From: Eledone cirrhosa
Taxonomy: Eukaryota
Direction: 5' to 3'
Assembly (NCBI GenBank): GCA_964016885.1
Contig: OZ024755.1
Coordinates: forward strand, 30,752,001-30,816,000
DNA: 64,000 nucleotides
In this document: positions 29,380 to 45,545 of the stretch, piece after piece
Layout of the letters: the number at the start of each line of letters is the position of its first letter
Numbering within the stretch: position 1 is the stretch's first letter
Position numbers and translations under genes: made by a program
Notes under the pieces: generated by a model
Told to the model about the DNA's origin: nothing
What the model saw: the letters and a program-made list of their open reading frames with translations, nothing else
The model's database searches: none

Positions 29380-29520
29380 AGGGTTGACGGACCCACCATA
29401 TTTATCAATGCCAGTACCGGTTGCATCTCAGCGCACTCAATGGGCAATGTAAGATACATTCCCAGAGTATACACATAGTTATTTGCTTCAACACAACACA
29501 CGTAAAACGGGTGCCTGTAA

Positions 29521-29552
<32 letters not shown>

Positions 29553-29707
29553 ATATATATATATATATTATATATCCTCCTCACCAAGAAACCTTGGTGG
29601 GGGTTGCCAGTTTAGTCGCCAACGACCCGACCATGAGACAGGTTGTACTGGGATACATGTTACCAGTAGCATACATACATACATATATATGTATATATGT
29701 ATGTATA

Positions 29708-29766
<59 letters not shown>

Positions 29767-29779
29767 GTATATATGTATG

Positions 29780-29820
<41 letters not shown>

Positions 29821-29837
29821 GTATATATGTATGTATA

Positions 29838-29890
<53 letters not shown>

Positions 29891-30133
29891 CAACCTGATT
29901 AGTTTTTTCGTTGCTTTGGTATGTATTGTGTGTTAGTTTAGCCTACCACAGTGTCCGATTTGTCAAGCTATTTAAACATATGTTATAACTCTGAGACCTA
30001 TCTTATCGAGTGCTTTGCTAACCCATCACTTCATATAAGTAGGTCGAATTACTTGCAAACCGGCAGAGATTCGATTTTACTGATTTCCAATTATATATAT
30101 ATATATATTATATACATATATTATATATATATA

Positions 30134-30402
30134 TAACTTTGAAATGTTTTGGCCAGTATTGGCCCAGGCCATGTCTAACTTAACAGCACCACCTGGCGAA
30201 GTCTTTCAATTCAGGATTTGGGCACCATGGCCCATTACTGAAGAGAATTACTGTTTGCGGAGACATATCCGGGTGTGGGTGGTTTGTCCGGGATTACTTG
30301 CAGGAATTTGTCCAAAGACTTCTTGAATTTTGTGTGGTCAGTTTCTGTTTTGACGTGTCCTGGTGTGATGTTGAAGAGAGCAGGGCCAATTGAGGTGAAA
30401 TC
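30134..30402 (-). mobile_element. Third, short 3' copy of the CR1/L2-group LINE
   Basis: Reverse complement of about 21260-21527, with one tail unit, in (TA)n. Confidence 0.92.
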
Positions 30403-30434
30403 ATTGGTGAATTGAGGTGAAATATATTTATATA

Positions 30435-30485
<51 letters not shown>

Positions 30486-30504
30486 ATATATTTATATATA
30501 TATA

Positions 30505-31031
30505 AACGGAAAAAATGAAACGAAATTTCATTTCCCACCCTTAGTACGGCTGTTACTTAAATATAAGTATGTACACGCACATACATATATGTATACAGAC
30601 GTACAGTAGTATGTATATATATATACATACATGCACACATATATATATGTACGTATGGATTCACCGAACATTTATTATAATGCTCGGTGTGTTTGTAAAC
30701 AAACATCCCGTATTAAGCCGTAGTGTCTAGCAACCATCGTTGCTCGTTTGTTCAACACTGACAAAGGAACGCTGTACTAGTTTCAAGCTTATTAGCTATC
30801 GTCAGCAACGTATACCTTCCTGCCAGATTGTTGAACGTATATACTTACCTTATGCATATTAACGGCTGTGTAGCCCACCGTTAATATGCATAAGGTAAGT
30901 ATATACGTTCAACAATCTGGCAGGAAGGTATACGTTGTTGACGATAGCTAATAAGCTTGAAACTAGTACAGCGTTCCTTTGTCAGTGTTGAACAAACGAG
31001 CAACGATGGTTGCTAGACACTACGGCTTAAT
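30505..31031. mobile_element. Hammerhead-bearing short element (minus) with a fold-back partial copy forming a 154-bp-arm palindrome
   Basis: Arms 30712-30865 and 30878-31031. Hammerheads at 30770-30810 (-) and 30933-30973 (+). Family member at 37153-37525. Confidence 0.85.
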
Positions 31032-31278
31032 TGCTGGTCTTGTGCCTAAAGTAGAAGTAATTATATTTAAACCGACCTGATGATCCGAATAAGGTGAAAC
31101 AATTGCTCTCGGTGAACTAACTGTTGTGGAACTACTTCTACCAAACTCGTTCCATGGACTGAGTGCTCTACTACTGCGGATATAACTCACCAGTGTTCTA
31201 CTATTATATATATATAACAAAGAAGGTGTGGTAATATTACTTCAAAATATTAATATAGACATTCATGTGATCAAATAT

Positions 31279-31342
31279 ATTTTATTATACATATTTCAGA
31301 GGTACTGAGCTATTTCAACAGTACGTCCTCATCAGATAAAAT
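31279..31342 (-). ncRNA. Type-I hammerhead-like motif
   Basis: ATTTTAT-CTGATGA-GGACGTACTG...CAGTACCTCT-GAAATATGTA-TAATAAAAT. Confidence 0.65.
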
Positions 31343-31397
31343 AAGTTGATGCCTGACATACCTTGACTATGTTGATGGTTATAATTATATATATATA

Positions 31398-31588
31398 TAA
31401 CGGAGGAGTTGTGGTAAGGAACCAGATTGACCATAACGCACCAGAGTACTCAATACTTAGGTTAGTAGAGTGGGTAATAGGAGAAAGTATGACCCCGACG
31501 GCAGAGCTCAAGCCGTTTCGACGGCTATTTCCAGAAATAGCCGTCGAAACGGCTTGAGCTCTGCCGTTGGGGTCATACTTTCTCCTAT
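31398..31588. mobile_element. Family E short element with fold-back hairpin end
   Basis: GACCATAACGCACCAGAGTACTC...GAGCTC unit (>10 copies in the window); palindrome at about 31478-31588. Confidence 0.8.
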
Positions 31589-31935
31589 ATATATATAAAG
31601 TTTATCCCGGGTTCAATCGGGGGTATATATAACTCTTAAAGTTACATAAATATATATATAAACTAGTCTGTGCACAATTATAATATTATGCTGCAGCATT
31701 AAAAGAACGCTTATTGCCTACAGCAGACTCAAAAGCGCCGCCCCCAAAAAGTGTTGCCCGGGGCTGACCACCCGCCTCTAGCTACGTTACTACTAAAACC
31801 TTCCGTTCTAGTTTATTGTAAGAACATTTTTTAAGTTCTGTAGCAACCCACAAATTTAATAACGCCAATGTTGGAAACATTTCTAAAGACTCCAAATTTT
31901 TGATTATTTTTAATTTTTTTATTTTAATCATAGAG

Positions 31936-32128
31936 CAGGGTTTCCTAAACATTTTCAAACGCTGAACCCTTTTTGGTTCAGAAACTTTTTGGGGGGTTGG
32001 GGGACCCCAAAGTCTAATACTGTTATATAGTCGTAATATAAATATACTCCTCTACCTTTTTTCGTGGAACCCCAGACATTCGTTTGCGGAATTCTTGGGT
32101 TCCGCGGAAATCACTTTGGGAACCACTG
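31936..32128. mobile_element. hAT/Charlie-like MITE
   Basis: TIRs CAGGGTTTCCTAAA / TTTGGGAACCACTG; 8-bp flanks TCATAGAG and CTATAGAG. Confidence 0.75.
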
Positions 32129-32394
32129 CTATAGAGTGCCTGTCTAATTCTAATTTGAATTATTAATAGATCTATTAGATGGGAATATGTAATATTATGA
32201 TTCATTAAACTTATTAATCAATAATTAAACTTAATTGATATTTTCCCCAATCAGACTATAACTAACAATACATCGTGTTACTTATTATCCTCGGTAAATG
32301 AAGTCAGGATTTAGAAACAGGTAACATTTTATTGCTTACAATTGCAATGTTAATTTTATGCCGTTTGTTGGTGTGTATCATCATTCAATTGTGT

Positions 32395-32650
32395 GTGTGT
32401 GTATGAGTGTGTGTAAGCAACACTGTATGTGTGTGTGTTGGTGAGTGTATGTAGCCACACTGTATATGTGTGTTGGTGAGTGTATGTAGCAACACTGTAT
32501 ATGTGTGCGTGTAATTAGCACTGTGTATATGCGTGTGTAAGCAACACTGTGCGTATGTGTGCGTGTAATCAGCACTGTGTGTATGTGTAAGCAACACTGT
32601 GTGTGTGTGTGTGTGTGTAATCAGCAGTGTGTGAGAGTGAGTGTGTGTGT
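32395..32650. repeat. Degenerate ~20-30-bp minisatellite (GCAACACTGT + GT spacer)
   Basis: About 8 recurrences of CACTGT separated by GT-rich runs. Confidence 0.7.
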
Positions 32651-32837
32651 ATATTGAGAGTGTTGTTCAGGTTGTGTGGTTTCCAATGATATATGAAATT
32701 AATACAATAAAATAACAGGAAATATGGGACTATCAAATTCATGTTTAGACTATAGATGTGTTACTGCTCGTTTTAGGAGGATTGCGTGTTAGAGATATGT
32801 AACACATACAAACATACATGAAGAGACGTGTGTATGT

Positions 32838-32875
<38 letters not shown>

Positions 32876-33127
32876 ACATCCACACGTGTATGTTTGTGTG
32901 TGTGTATATATATATATATATATAGTTGTTATATAGTAAGGTGTATTATTGGTTGTGCAAAACGGTCCAGTAAATTTTTGTTAGCAATATTAAGTCTCGA
33001 CGCTTTAGTATATCTCATCTCCAATTCCATTCAAGGGATGAAAATCGATCGATCTATCTCTTATTGAAACATGTGTCGTGATTAAAATGATTGGAAATTT
33101 TACCTTGCCTTCGGATTTTCATTTTGA

Positions 33128-33189
<62 letters not shown>

Positions 33190-33194
<5 letters not shown>

Positions 33195-33410
33195 GATCGA
33201 TCGACTTTCGTCAAATCGGACCGAGGAAACAATGATTCCGTCGGTCATTCCAGTTGCTAGTACTATCCATCGGTCGCAACTCCAGGCAGAAGGAGCAACG
33301 TGAAATAAAGTGTCTTGCTCAAGGACATAACGCATCGCACGGGCCAGGAATCGAACTCACAACCTCAAGATTGTGAATCCAATTCTCTAACCACTCAACC
33401 ACACGCCTTA
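33190..33410 (-). mobile_element. tRNA-derived SINE family B (Meta/MESC-like core)
   Basis: B box GAGTTCGATTCC and core TGTCCTTGAGCAAGACACTTTATTTCAC. Relatives at about 23155, 40210, 44690 and 48820. Confidence 0.75.
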
Positions 33411-33732
33411 TTTATTTATATATATAAATATATATATATATACATGTATAAATATCTATATTCTAAATGTTTAAATATCTATATTCTAAATGTTTAAATA
33501 TATATATATATATATATACGATATTAAATAAATGGAAACTATATTTATAAAACCATATTTATTTCATTATATATATTTCAGGGATATCATATTAACAATA
33601 TGTTATGCCTTCTTCAGACAAAATACAATATAGACAGTTTTATAGATACTCCAAATACGTGTTGAGTGCTTTTATATCAGTTATAAATATTTACTAGTTG
33701 TAACCCAACAATTTAAATATAACTTTCCATAT

Positions 33733-33809
<77 letters not shown>

Positions 33810-33932
33810 AACATTTAGAATATAGATATTTATACATTGAGCTATTTCTCTTACTGGTAATAGGGTAGTAGGAAACTACTGACCTTTCCTGTTTATAGTT
33901 GTTTATAGTATATACATAACTATAAATATTAT

Positions 33933-36240
<2,308 letters not shown>

Positions 36241-36559
36241 AGTAATAATAATAAATCCGAAGAGGGCTGGATAAGGATAATATATATATCAAAATATATA
36301 AAACCATAGAGCAAATATTTATTAAAATAACAGATTAAAAATCCGGTTAAGGGTGAAAGCAGCGATTCTTTGCTTAAACTTTAACCTGTTATTTTAATAA
36401 ATATATATATATATATATATATTAAATCAGGGGCGGTACCCCAGCATGGCCTCAGTCTGATGGCTGGAACAGGTAAAAGAGTTTAAGAGTATATATATAC
36501 ACACACACATATATAAAACAAGTTAAGATATACCTACTTACATACAATTAATTAAATAT

Positions 36560-36931
36560 ATATATATATGCAAAAGTTCAATTTAAATTGTTGGGATACA
36601 ACAAGCAAATATTATTATAACTGATATAAAGCACTCGACAAATATTTGGAGTAGATATACGATATTAATAAATGGAAACTATATTTATAAAACCATATTT
36701 ATTTCATTATATATATTTCAAGGATACCAAGTTAAATCATGGTATGCCTTCATCAGACAAAATACAATATATAACAGTTTTACAAATAGATAATTGTCGT
36801 ACCCTTTCAAAAAGGTGACCGTTGTTTTTGTATTTTGTCTGATGAAGGCATACCATGATTTAACTTGGTATCCTTGAAATATATATAATGAAATAAATAT
36901 GGTTTTATAAATATAGTTTCCATTTATTAAT

Positions 36932-36940
<9 letters not shown>
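36560..36940. mobile_element. Hammerhead-like short element with inverted duplication (arms about 36655-36767 and 36828-36940)
   Basis: CTGATGA-AGGCATACCA...TGGTATCCTT-GAAATATATA on both strands. Relatives at about 33520-33720 and 62755-62915. Confidence 0.75.
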
Positions 36941-36967
<27 letters not shown>

Positions 36968-37216
36968 AGTTAATATAAATTAATATATTTGATAAACACA
37001 AATACCAACATATCTGTGTTTGTATTGTAAATGACCAAGTTAGCTAGATTGAAAAATACTAATTATAATAATACAGTTTGCCTGTCTCGATTTAAAATAA
37101 TAAATCAATAAAAACAAAGCATATTGGCAAATGGCCAATATATATATATATAGCCGTTAATATGCATAAGGAAAGTATATACTTTCAAACGTTCAATCAT
37201 CTGACAGGAAGGTATG

Positions 37217-37257
37217 CGGTGCTGATGATAGCTAATTAGCTTGAAACTAGTTCATCG
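37217..37257 (+). ncRNA. Type-I hammerhead ribozyme motif within the element at 37153-37525
   Basis: CGGTG-CTGATGA-TAGCT AATT AGCT T-GAAACTAGTT-CATCG; stem I covaries with the 30770 copy. Confidence 0.85.
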
Positions 37258-37667
37258 TTCCTTTGTCAGTGTTGAACAAAAGGGCAACGATGGTTGCCGA
37301 ACACTGTACGGCTTAATTCGGGCTGTTTGTTTACAAACAAACCGAACATTATAATAAATGTTCGGTAAACCCATACGTACATATATATATGTGTGCATGT
37401 ATGTATATATATATATACATACTACTGTACGTCTGTATACATGTACGTATGTACGTATACATACTTATATTTAAGTATCAGCCGTACTAAGAGTGAGAAA
37501 TGAAATTTCATTTCCTTCTTTTCCATATATATATATATATATATATATAGGAACACGTAGGAGCCCGCGGCTGAGCTCCAGCCGTTTCGACGGCTAATTC
37601 TGGTGCGTTATGGTCCATCTGGTTCCTTACCACATTTCCTTCGTTATATATAATACTAATATTATAA

Positions 37668-38050
37668 TAATTGTTTCTACTTTTGGCATAAGGCCAGCAA
37701 TTACTCAGTACATTACTGGTACTTTATTTTATCGACCCCGTAAGGATGAAAGGCAAAGTTAACCTCGGCGGGATTTGAGCTCAGACCATAAAGAGCCGTA
37801 ACTCTTTGCTGCAAAGCATGGCGTCCGACACTCTACCGATACTGCCATTATTATATGATAATATTAATTGTTTCTACTTTTGGCACAAGGCCAGCAATTA
37901 TCACAGTGCATTACTGGTACTTCATTTTATCGACCCCGTAAGGATGAAAGGCAAAGTTAACCTCGGCGGGATTTGAACTCAGATCATACAGGGAGGTAAC
38001 TCTATGCTTCAAAGCATGGCGTCCGACCCTCTATCGATACTGCCAATCCA
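37668..38050 (-). mobile_element. Tandem pair of SINE family A
   Basis: Two consecutive reverse-complement units. Confidence 0.87.
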
Positions 38051-38212
38051 AATGAAAGTTTAATACACTCATTTACAAGGTGTTTTTTTAGCTAAATGCA
38101 ATAGCAATAAGGGTCCTGCAGAGCAGTTATATATTTATAGTTTCTTTACAAACCAAAGAATTGATTTGTAAAGAAACTATAAATATATATATATAATTGT
38201 ATTTATGCATAT

Positions 38213-38417
38213 ATGTGGGTGAAGAAGTTCCAGAAAATCCCAGTGGAAGGAAGCTGCAGTAGAGGTAGACCAAGAAAGATCTGGGCAAAGGTGGTGAGAG
38301 CTGACCTCAAAGCACTGAAACGCACGATGTCGAAGGAATGTAGTGAGTGGAGAGATGCTGTGCATAGAAGGACCTTTCCAACCCATGCAAGTGTGGAAAA
38401 CCGATGTAACGATGATG

Positions 38418-38420
<3 letters not shown>
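38213..38420 (+). mobile_element. RTE-type LINE 3' end
   Basis: VEGSCSRGRPRKIW...EWRDAV with a GAT tail; homologous to 8172-8450. Confidence 0.8.
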
Positions 38421-38512
<92 letters not shown>

Positions 38513-38739
38513 CGGGATAACAGATTATTGTTATAGGTAGTCCACTTAGGTGTAGTCCAGTTAGGGTACTCCGAGTAGTGGATGGTATCAACGCTTGGCT
38601 AAGTTTGACTCCACAAGGCGTTTCCATAGTGATGTTGCGAGTACGCGGCGATTTCTATGTTGTAAACACTTGGAGTAATAATAAATCAAGAAAGAAGAGT
38701 GACACGGTTTGCTATACAAAAAAGGTTTTTAATCTCATT

Positions 38740-38845
38740 GCTGACAATTGTTTCTCTGAACTGGTAGGTCTAGAGATCGCTACCCGCCTGTTTTCGCGTC
38801 AATCGATCACCAATACATAGTTGTAACCAGTCAATTCATCAGAGC
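38740..38845 (-). ncRNA. Hammerhead motif with expanded stem II loop, inside the inverted repeat at 38681-38977
   Basis: GCT-CTGATGA-ATTGACTGGT...ACCAGTTCAGA-GAAACAATTGTC-AGC; palindromic ACAATTGT and GUC triplet. Confidence 0.7.
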
Positions 38846-39807
38846 TAGTGATCGATTGACGCGAAAACAGGCGGGTAGCGATCTCTAGACCTACCAGTTC
38901 AGAGAAACAATTGTCAGCAATGTGATTAAAAACCTGTTTTGTATAGCAAACCGTGTCACTCTTCTTTCTTGATTTATATATATATATATATATACATACA
39001 AATTTTAGCACAGCATCAACGAAGCTTTTGGATGCAGCCAAGCTAACGAATGCAGTTTCGGTGTGCAGCTAAGCACTCAATAGGGAATAATTCCTAGAGT
39101 TATAACATTACGTTTAGACAGCTTTGCAAATCAAATACAGCGACCGATAGACGGGCCGCAGTGGCCATAGTGACGAAGAAAACCGAACTCAGGAAAAAAT
39201 GTTTATATATATATATGTACAAATAAAAGGCAGAGTTAATAAGTCATACTGATACCCTGTATACTACATATATTATATATATATTTATATATAATGGCTG
39301 CATCTCAGTTTTGAGAATTGCCATCCCTTGACCTTTTTCTCTTACATGGGTGGCACAAATATCACATTTTAGCACTGCTTAGGTCTTACATTCCTTTCTG
39401 CAAAAGCTGCAGAAATGTATGTATGTATGTATGTATGTGTGATGTGTGTGTGTGTGTGTGCGTGTGCGTGTGCGTGTGCGTGTGCGTACAAATATATTCT
39501 ACATACATATATCTATCTAGGGCGGGTAAAATTCCCGAGATTTTTAGATAGACTCTCCATATTTCTTTCCAATGGCTGACAATACCTTACCGGCGCCACT
39601 CGAATAAGGTAGTTATTTAACCCATAAATGGGGCCCTAACAGGTACTACTACTCCGGGCCAGAGCAGACCTGGGAGTTATCACAACTAAGGGGTAACTCC
39701 ACATTCCCCACAGCTCCTGAACTCCAGAACTGGAGCCTTGCCACTGGATGTAGTTTAATGTCATACCCAGGACAATACATATATATAAAACCATATACAT
39801 ATATACA

Positions 39808-39851
<44 letters not shown>

Positions 39852-41596
39852 TATATATATATACACACAGGGTGAGATTTACCTATTTGTGGGCTCTAGC
39901 TAAACTCAACAGCAAGCGCCCAAATTTATAGAAATGCTGACATGTTTGGGTATACAATATATATATAGTTTTTATTGTCTTTATTTTTGGGGTGGGACAA
40001 TAGCCATACTATATGTATGGTACAGAGCACCTTCTGGCTTCTAATATATTATCTGAAATACCCAGTGTACACTTGAAACAAGGTTATATGTTGGCACACT
40101 GTGTGACAAATCAGTTCAAGTGGACCCCCAAATACCCATGTGCCTTTCGACTACTATGCCCACTGGTATCGCCCCCCCCCCCCCCCCACTTATATATATA
40201 TATATATAGTGAAGGTGCATGGCTTAGTGGTTAGAGTATTGGCCTTGCAATCGAAAGGTTGTGAGTTCAATTCTCGAAGCGGGTGATGTGTTGTTTCCTT
40301 GAGCAAGACACTATTTCACATTGCTCCAGTTTACTCAGTTGTAGAAATGAGATGATAGGGACTGGGGTCCCTATCATTCCACTGCAAAGTGGTCATGGAG
40401 GTGCCACGACAAAAAAGCACCCAGCACTCACTGTAAATGTGGTTGGTGTTAGGAAGGGCATCCAGCTGTAGAAATCAAGCCAGAATCAGTTCCCGTATGA
40501 GCAAGACATGGTCAGCCGGCCGGACACTGCCCACAACAGGACAACCCATGCTGGCGTGGAAGAACGGACATAAAACGGTGATGATGATGATATATATATA
40601 TAGATCAAAACATTTTATATTGATTTGATTATAACATAAAAAGCTCAATGAATACTTAGGATTAAAAACCGAACTCCAAAGTTTAATTTACACAATAATT
40701 ACTGTGTGTTGTAATATTACAATGTGTGTTCCAAAAAGTGAAAGTAAATATTTATCAATCAGATATGTCACATTATGAGACAAAGTACAATATATGACGC
40801 AATGCGAAAGTGAAAGTACGGTTGACCAATCAGATATGACGCGATGCGGAAAAGAAAGTAGGATTAACCAATCATATAATCATATACGGTACAATACAAC
40901 AGTGGAAAGAATGGGATTACAAGGACCTCATTTCTTTCAAAATAATATGATAAATGGCCCACTTACTTGCAAGGTGATCAAGGGGATTGGAACCCCTGAT
41001 TAGGGTGTTGTGTTGTCATCCTCCTCCTCATGATGGTGTCAAAGGAATATATACATACCATATCTAGGCTGGATTTCCAGATTCTGAAGAAATATTTTAT
41101 TGAAAGGTGCAGGCATGGTTGTATGATTAAGGGTTAAATGCTTATAGTGTTCACTTTATTACCACGAGGTTTATGGTTTTAACCCATTACTGTGTGGCTG
41201 GAACCCCTTGGGTAAATACCTTCTAGAATAGCATATATATACTGAAGAGAAATATGGCAATTTAAACCAGCATGTAAAGTTGTTGGTGATAGGAAGGGCA
41301 TCCGGTCCTAAAAAGCTTGCCAAACAAAGGGTTGGAAGGAGCCTCAGTTGTGTTAAAGACATGACAACCTCTCTTTTGCACTCAGTAGAACATGAGACCA
41401 TACATAAGCGAGACTCAGATCTCTGGCCAGTCTGAGAGATCATAGCCCTGCTTCAGTTCTGACTTTGTCTATGTAGACCTGTCCAACCCTTGCAAGCAGG
41501 GAAAGTAGACATTAAAACGCTGATGATGATAATGATGCGTGTGTATATATGATAGACTCCCCCACTGATTCGACATATGAGAGTTCAACAGTCTTT

Positions 41597-42210
41597 TCAG
41601 TTCTTTGTTTTATGTTTATGCCTTAAATGACACCTCAATTCAGTGCAGGTGACAGGATCTTGATCAGAGCAGGCTGGAATGCTTGACCGGACTTTGCTAT
41701 CAGATCTTATCTCATGGAGGTGGGTTAAACAAGATTTCTCAAAGTTCTTTATACCTTCATGACAGACAGTTCTCCATTTCTTATGGTAGGCAGTCATGGC
41801 TTCAAACGTAGAAAGAAGTACATTGACAGACTTAAAATTGTACTTCAGTTTGTCCTTATACCAGAGTAGAGGCCTGCCCACGCTATGTGCACCCTCCTGG
41901 AGCTGACTGTACGACAGTACCTTAGGTGTGTAGTCCTCAGACATCCATGGGACATGACCAGCCCATCTAAGTTGGGACTGCATCAGAAATGACTCGATCC
42001 CACCAATGTTGCATCTTGCGTACAGTTCAGCATTGGAGACTGTCAGTAGTGATGGGGGCAAGAGGATGCCCTTGATCTGGCCACACCTGTTTAACACCTC
42101 CTACATGGCTTTTGGTTGATGTTCCACCTCAGTCTTCTTGATGCTGAATGATAGACAAAAAGTCTTACAGGCAAGTGAAAAGCAGTTCAATTCCTGTACC
42201 TCTGAGTGAT
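41597..42210 (-). mobile_element. Degenerate RTE/BovB-like LINE 3' fragment
   Basis: SIKKTEV, QLRWAGHV...PK.L.YSQL..G....GRPLL.YKDKLK...WR motifs with internal deletions. Confidence 0.8.
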
Positions 42211-42212
42211 GT

Positions 42213-42251
<39 letters not shown>

Positions 42252-42476
42252 ACTAGAAATTGATTAACATATAAATATACATGAATAATCACAGGAGATA
42301 ATTTTTGCTCGCGTGTAACCACGCATAGCTGGTATGGGTAATATTTACCTTTAAGAGTGATTAAGAGTGATTTCTAGTTATTATAATATGCTCGGATCTC
42401 CTTGAGCTTAATTTCCAGGATATATGGCGCATGCATTATGACATGACACATTTAATTTATTTTATCTTAATTTTGG

Positions 42477-42517
<41 letters not shown>

Positions 42518-45500
42518 AGCATGAAAAAGTGGGCATAAAGGCATGAGAGGCATCTAGCTGTGGAAAATTGCCTCAAGTAACCTCATCCAACCCATGTCAA
42601 CATTGAAAAGCAAACATAGAAATGATAACCCTTATTCATGATCATACCTGCACTTATAAAATACTTCAACAAGAGAAATGATAAAATTATTTGAACCAAC
42701 AAAAATATTTTTGTTGTTTCATAAATACTTTTTAATCATTTCCCTTAATTAGTAATAACAATCACAATAATACATAGAGTTGGTAAGTTTTAATTATATT
42801 TTAAATACTGCTAATTAAAATATATGTACTGATTTACTTACTTAACCCTTTCATGGCAGTTTTTCTAATGGAATACACACTATTTCAATTAATTAATGAA
42901 GAATTTTGAGGAATTTATTAAAATTATTGATTATTTCATTACTAAGATAATAACTTAATCTAAGGTTCTTATATAAAATTATGTTAGGAGATTTTAATTT
43001 AAATTGGAAACCTTTAAAATGGGTGGTTTTATTTCATAAAACCAGAGCTAGTTTTAACAGAGTTGGTAACTAAAGGATTAAAGGGTAATTAACCCCTTCA
43101 TTATGATATTTTTAAATGAAAGACACTACTAATGGTTTACAAATAGTTTTGAAAATAATCAGGAATTTGGAGAAATTTAGTAATAATTTTCATGTTAGGC
43201 TAGAGTTAAGGGCATCCGTTGTAGAAGCCATGTGAAACAAAGAACTGTTCAGTTCAGTCAAAGACATAGCAACCTCCCCAGTGCTGGTGTCACAGTAAAC
43301 TGCTCCCAGTACACTCTGTAAAGTGGTTAGACATCAAATGAAGACAACATAGAGTAAAAAAACCCTTTAGTCTTGGTGTGAACATAAAAACATATCTGGA
43401 TCCAAGTGGAGGGGATATGTAATAAAGGTGGGCCAGAGAAGATTTGGGTGATATGGGGAAAATTGATCTTTGTAAGGGTAACTTTACAAAGGAAAGACAC
43501 AGATGGATGAAGATAGGGTAGAGGTATTCCAAGATAGATTTGGCCAGATATTATGGAAGCTGATCGCAGGAGGGTAAACCTCACGAAGAAAAGAAAAAAG
43601 TAGAAGGACGCTGTGGTAGAGGTATTCTGTGGTAAACTTAGGCAAAAGGATCGAGAGGATCCTTTTTGTACTGTTGAGGACTTAACAACCTCTCTAGAGT
43701 TGAAACCACAATAACATGTGCCTATCACACTATGTAAAGAGCTTGACAATCAAATGGAGATAGTGTAATGCAAAGTGGACCCTTAGTGGTAAAGAAGATC
43801 TGTTCAACCCACACAAGCAAATATAGGGAGGGGGGGCTACCAAAATACTGATAATGAGGAGACATTAATTAGCAATAATTAAAATTAAAATATTTACAGA
43901 CTCTTTGTATTATTGCAAAATTTTCCCCCAAAATTCAATTTATAAATGTCATCTTTTTGTTGCTTATAAATGTCATTCTTTTTTTTTTTATTTAATTTCA
44001 AAATATTAATTTAAACAAAACATTTTAAAAAGTGAACCCTTTTGTTACTGTATTTCTAATGAAGTTGGAGGGATTTATTATAATTATTATTTCAATGTTG
44101 TGATATTTGTAAAATAATATCAGGTTGCTCTTGAGCACTACTGGTAACATAACCCAGTATGACCCATCACATGGTCAGGTTATTGGTGACTAAGCCAGCA
44201 AATTCACCAAGCAAGCTTGGTGAGGACAATGATTTCTGGACACACTGCAGGATGAGAAACAAAACCCTTCAAAGGGTGGAGGAACTTAGGACAGTCAATG
44301 GCCATCCAATAGTGTAAAATCCAAGAAAAAAAAAAGAGAAATCAGGTAGACAGAGCTTGTTAGCTCTGGTAGGCAGTATGTCTAGGACAAGAATCACTGA
44401 TTTCAAACCCGTAGTAGGTAGGAGTCTATTGTTAGCTGGGTGACAACCTTTCAAGTGGCCAATGGCTTCATCCCTGTAAGGCAGATGAACATCAGCTCAG
44501 TAGCTAGTTTCCAAGTAATGGACAGACGAGGGTTCGGGAGCCCCTGATAACACACTTTCCCCTGATAAGAGTTATGGACATACAACATCTAATAGATGAG
44601 TATTGGTGCTATTGTCATTGGTCCCTGACCCTCAGCAATGAGGATGGGAAGAGACCAGACCATAGGAGTTAAAGTGTTGGGATCACAATAATATGATAGT
44701 GAGTTTGATCCCTGTACTGGGGCAGATGGTACATTCTGTCCTTGAGCAAGACACTTTATTTAATGTTGCTCCAGTCCACTTAACTGAGGGGGGAATGACT
44801 TTCAACAAGACTTGTGCTAAGCTGTTTATATTTTAATTAAAATTGGAACCCTTAAAAATGAGTGGTCATAGTTTCACAGGGAAGCAGGTTGGTACCAAAA
44901 GGGTTTAAATAGTTAGTAATAACAACAACAATAGTTTTACTTTCTCTCATTTAGTATTTTACTTCTTTTTTATAAATAGCAACAATATCAACAATAACAA
45001 CAATAACAACAATAACAATAAGGTCCCAGGGTGGCATTATTAGTAAGGGTCTAGGGGTTAGTCAATGTAATCAACACAACTACAGGCAGTACTTGAATGG
45101 TCCTTTATTTTATTGAACCCTACATTCCATCTCCAAAGATTTTGAAATAAACCATCTCATAATAATAATTATAATTTCTGTTATATATATCACCTTGATC
45201 ACCTTGACCGACCAGTCTGTCGGGCGCCATTCGGCGCCGCTGGTCACAGCACGTGCTGTTTTAGCCATACGATGACACCATCCCACTGGCTGGGCGGACA
45301 GGGCTTGTTATATATATATAAATATATATATCAAAGGTATATATTGAGTTAGGAACTCAAAATAGTCTCTTACAACAAAATAGCGATTTGAACACATATA
45401 TGTATATGTCTGTGTTCGTTTTTCTTTTATATTCTATTATAATATTATAAATATATATATATATAAATTTAAGTTAAAAAAATACTCTTTAATGGGGGTA

Positions 45501-45545
45501 TAAGCCTGACAGACAAAATTAAGTTAGTCTAACTTATATAAAGAT

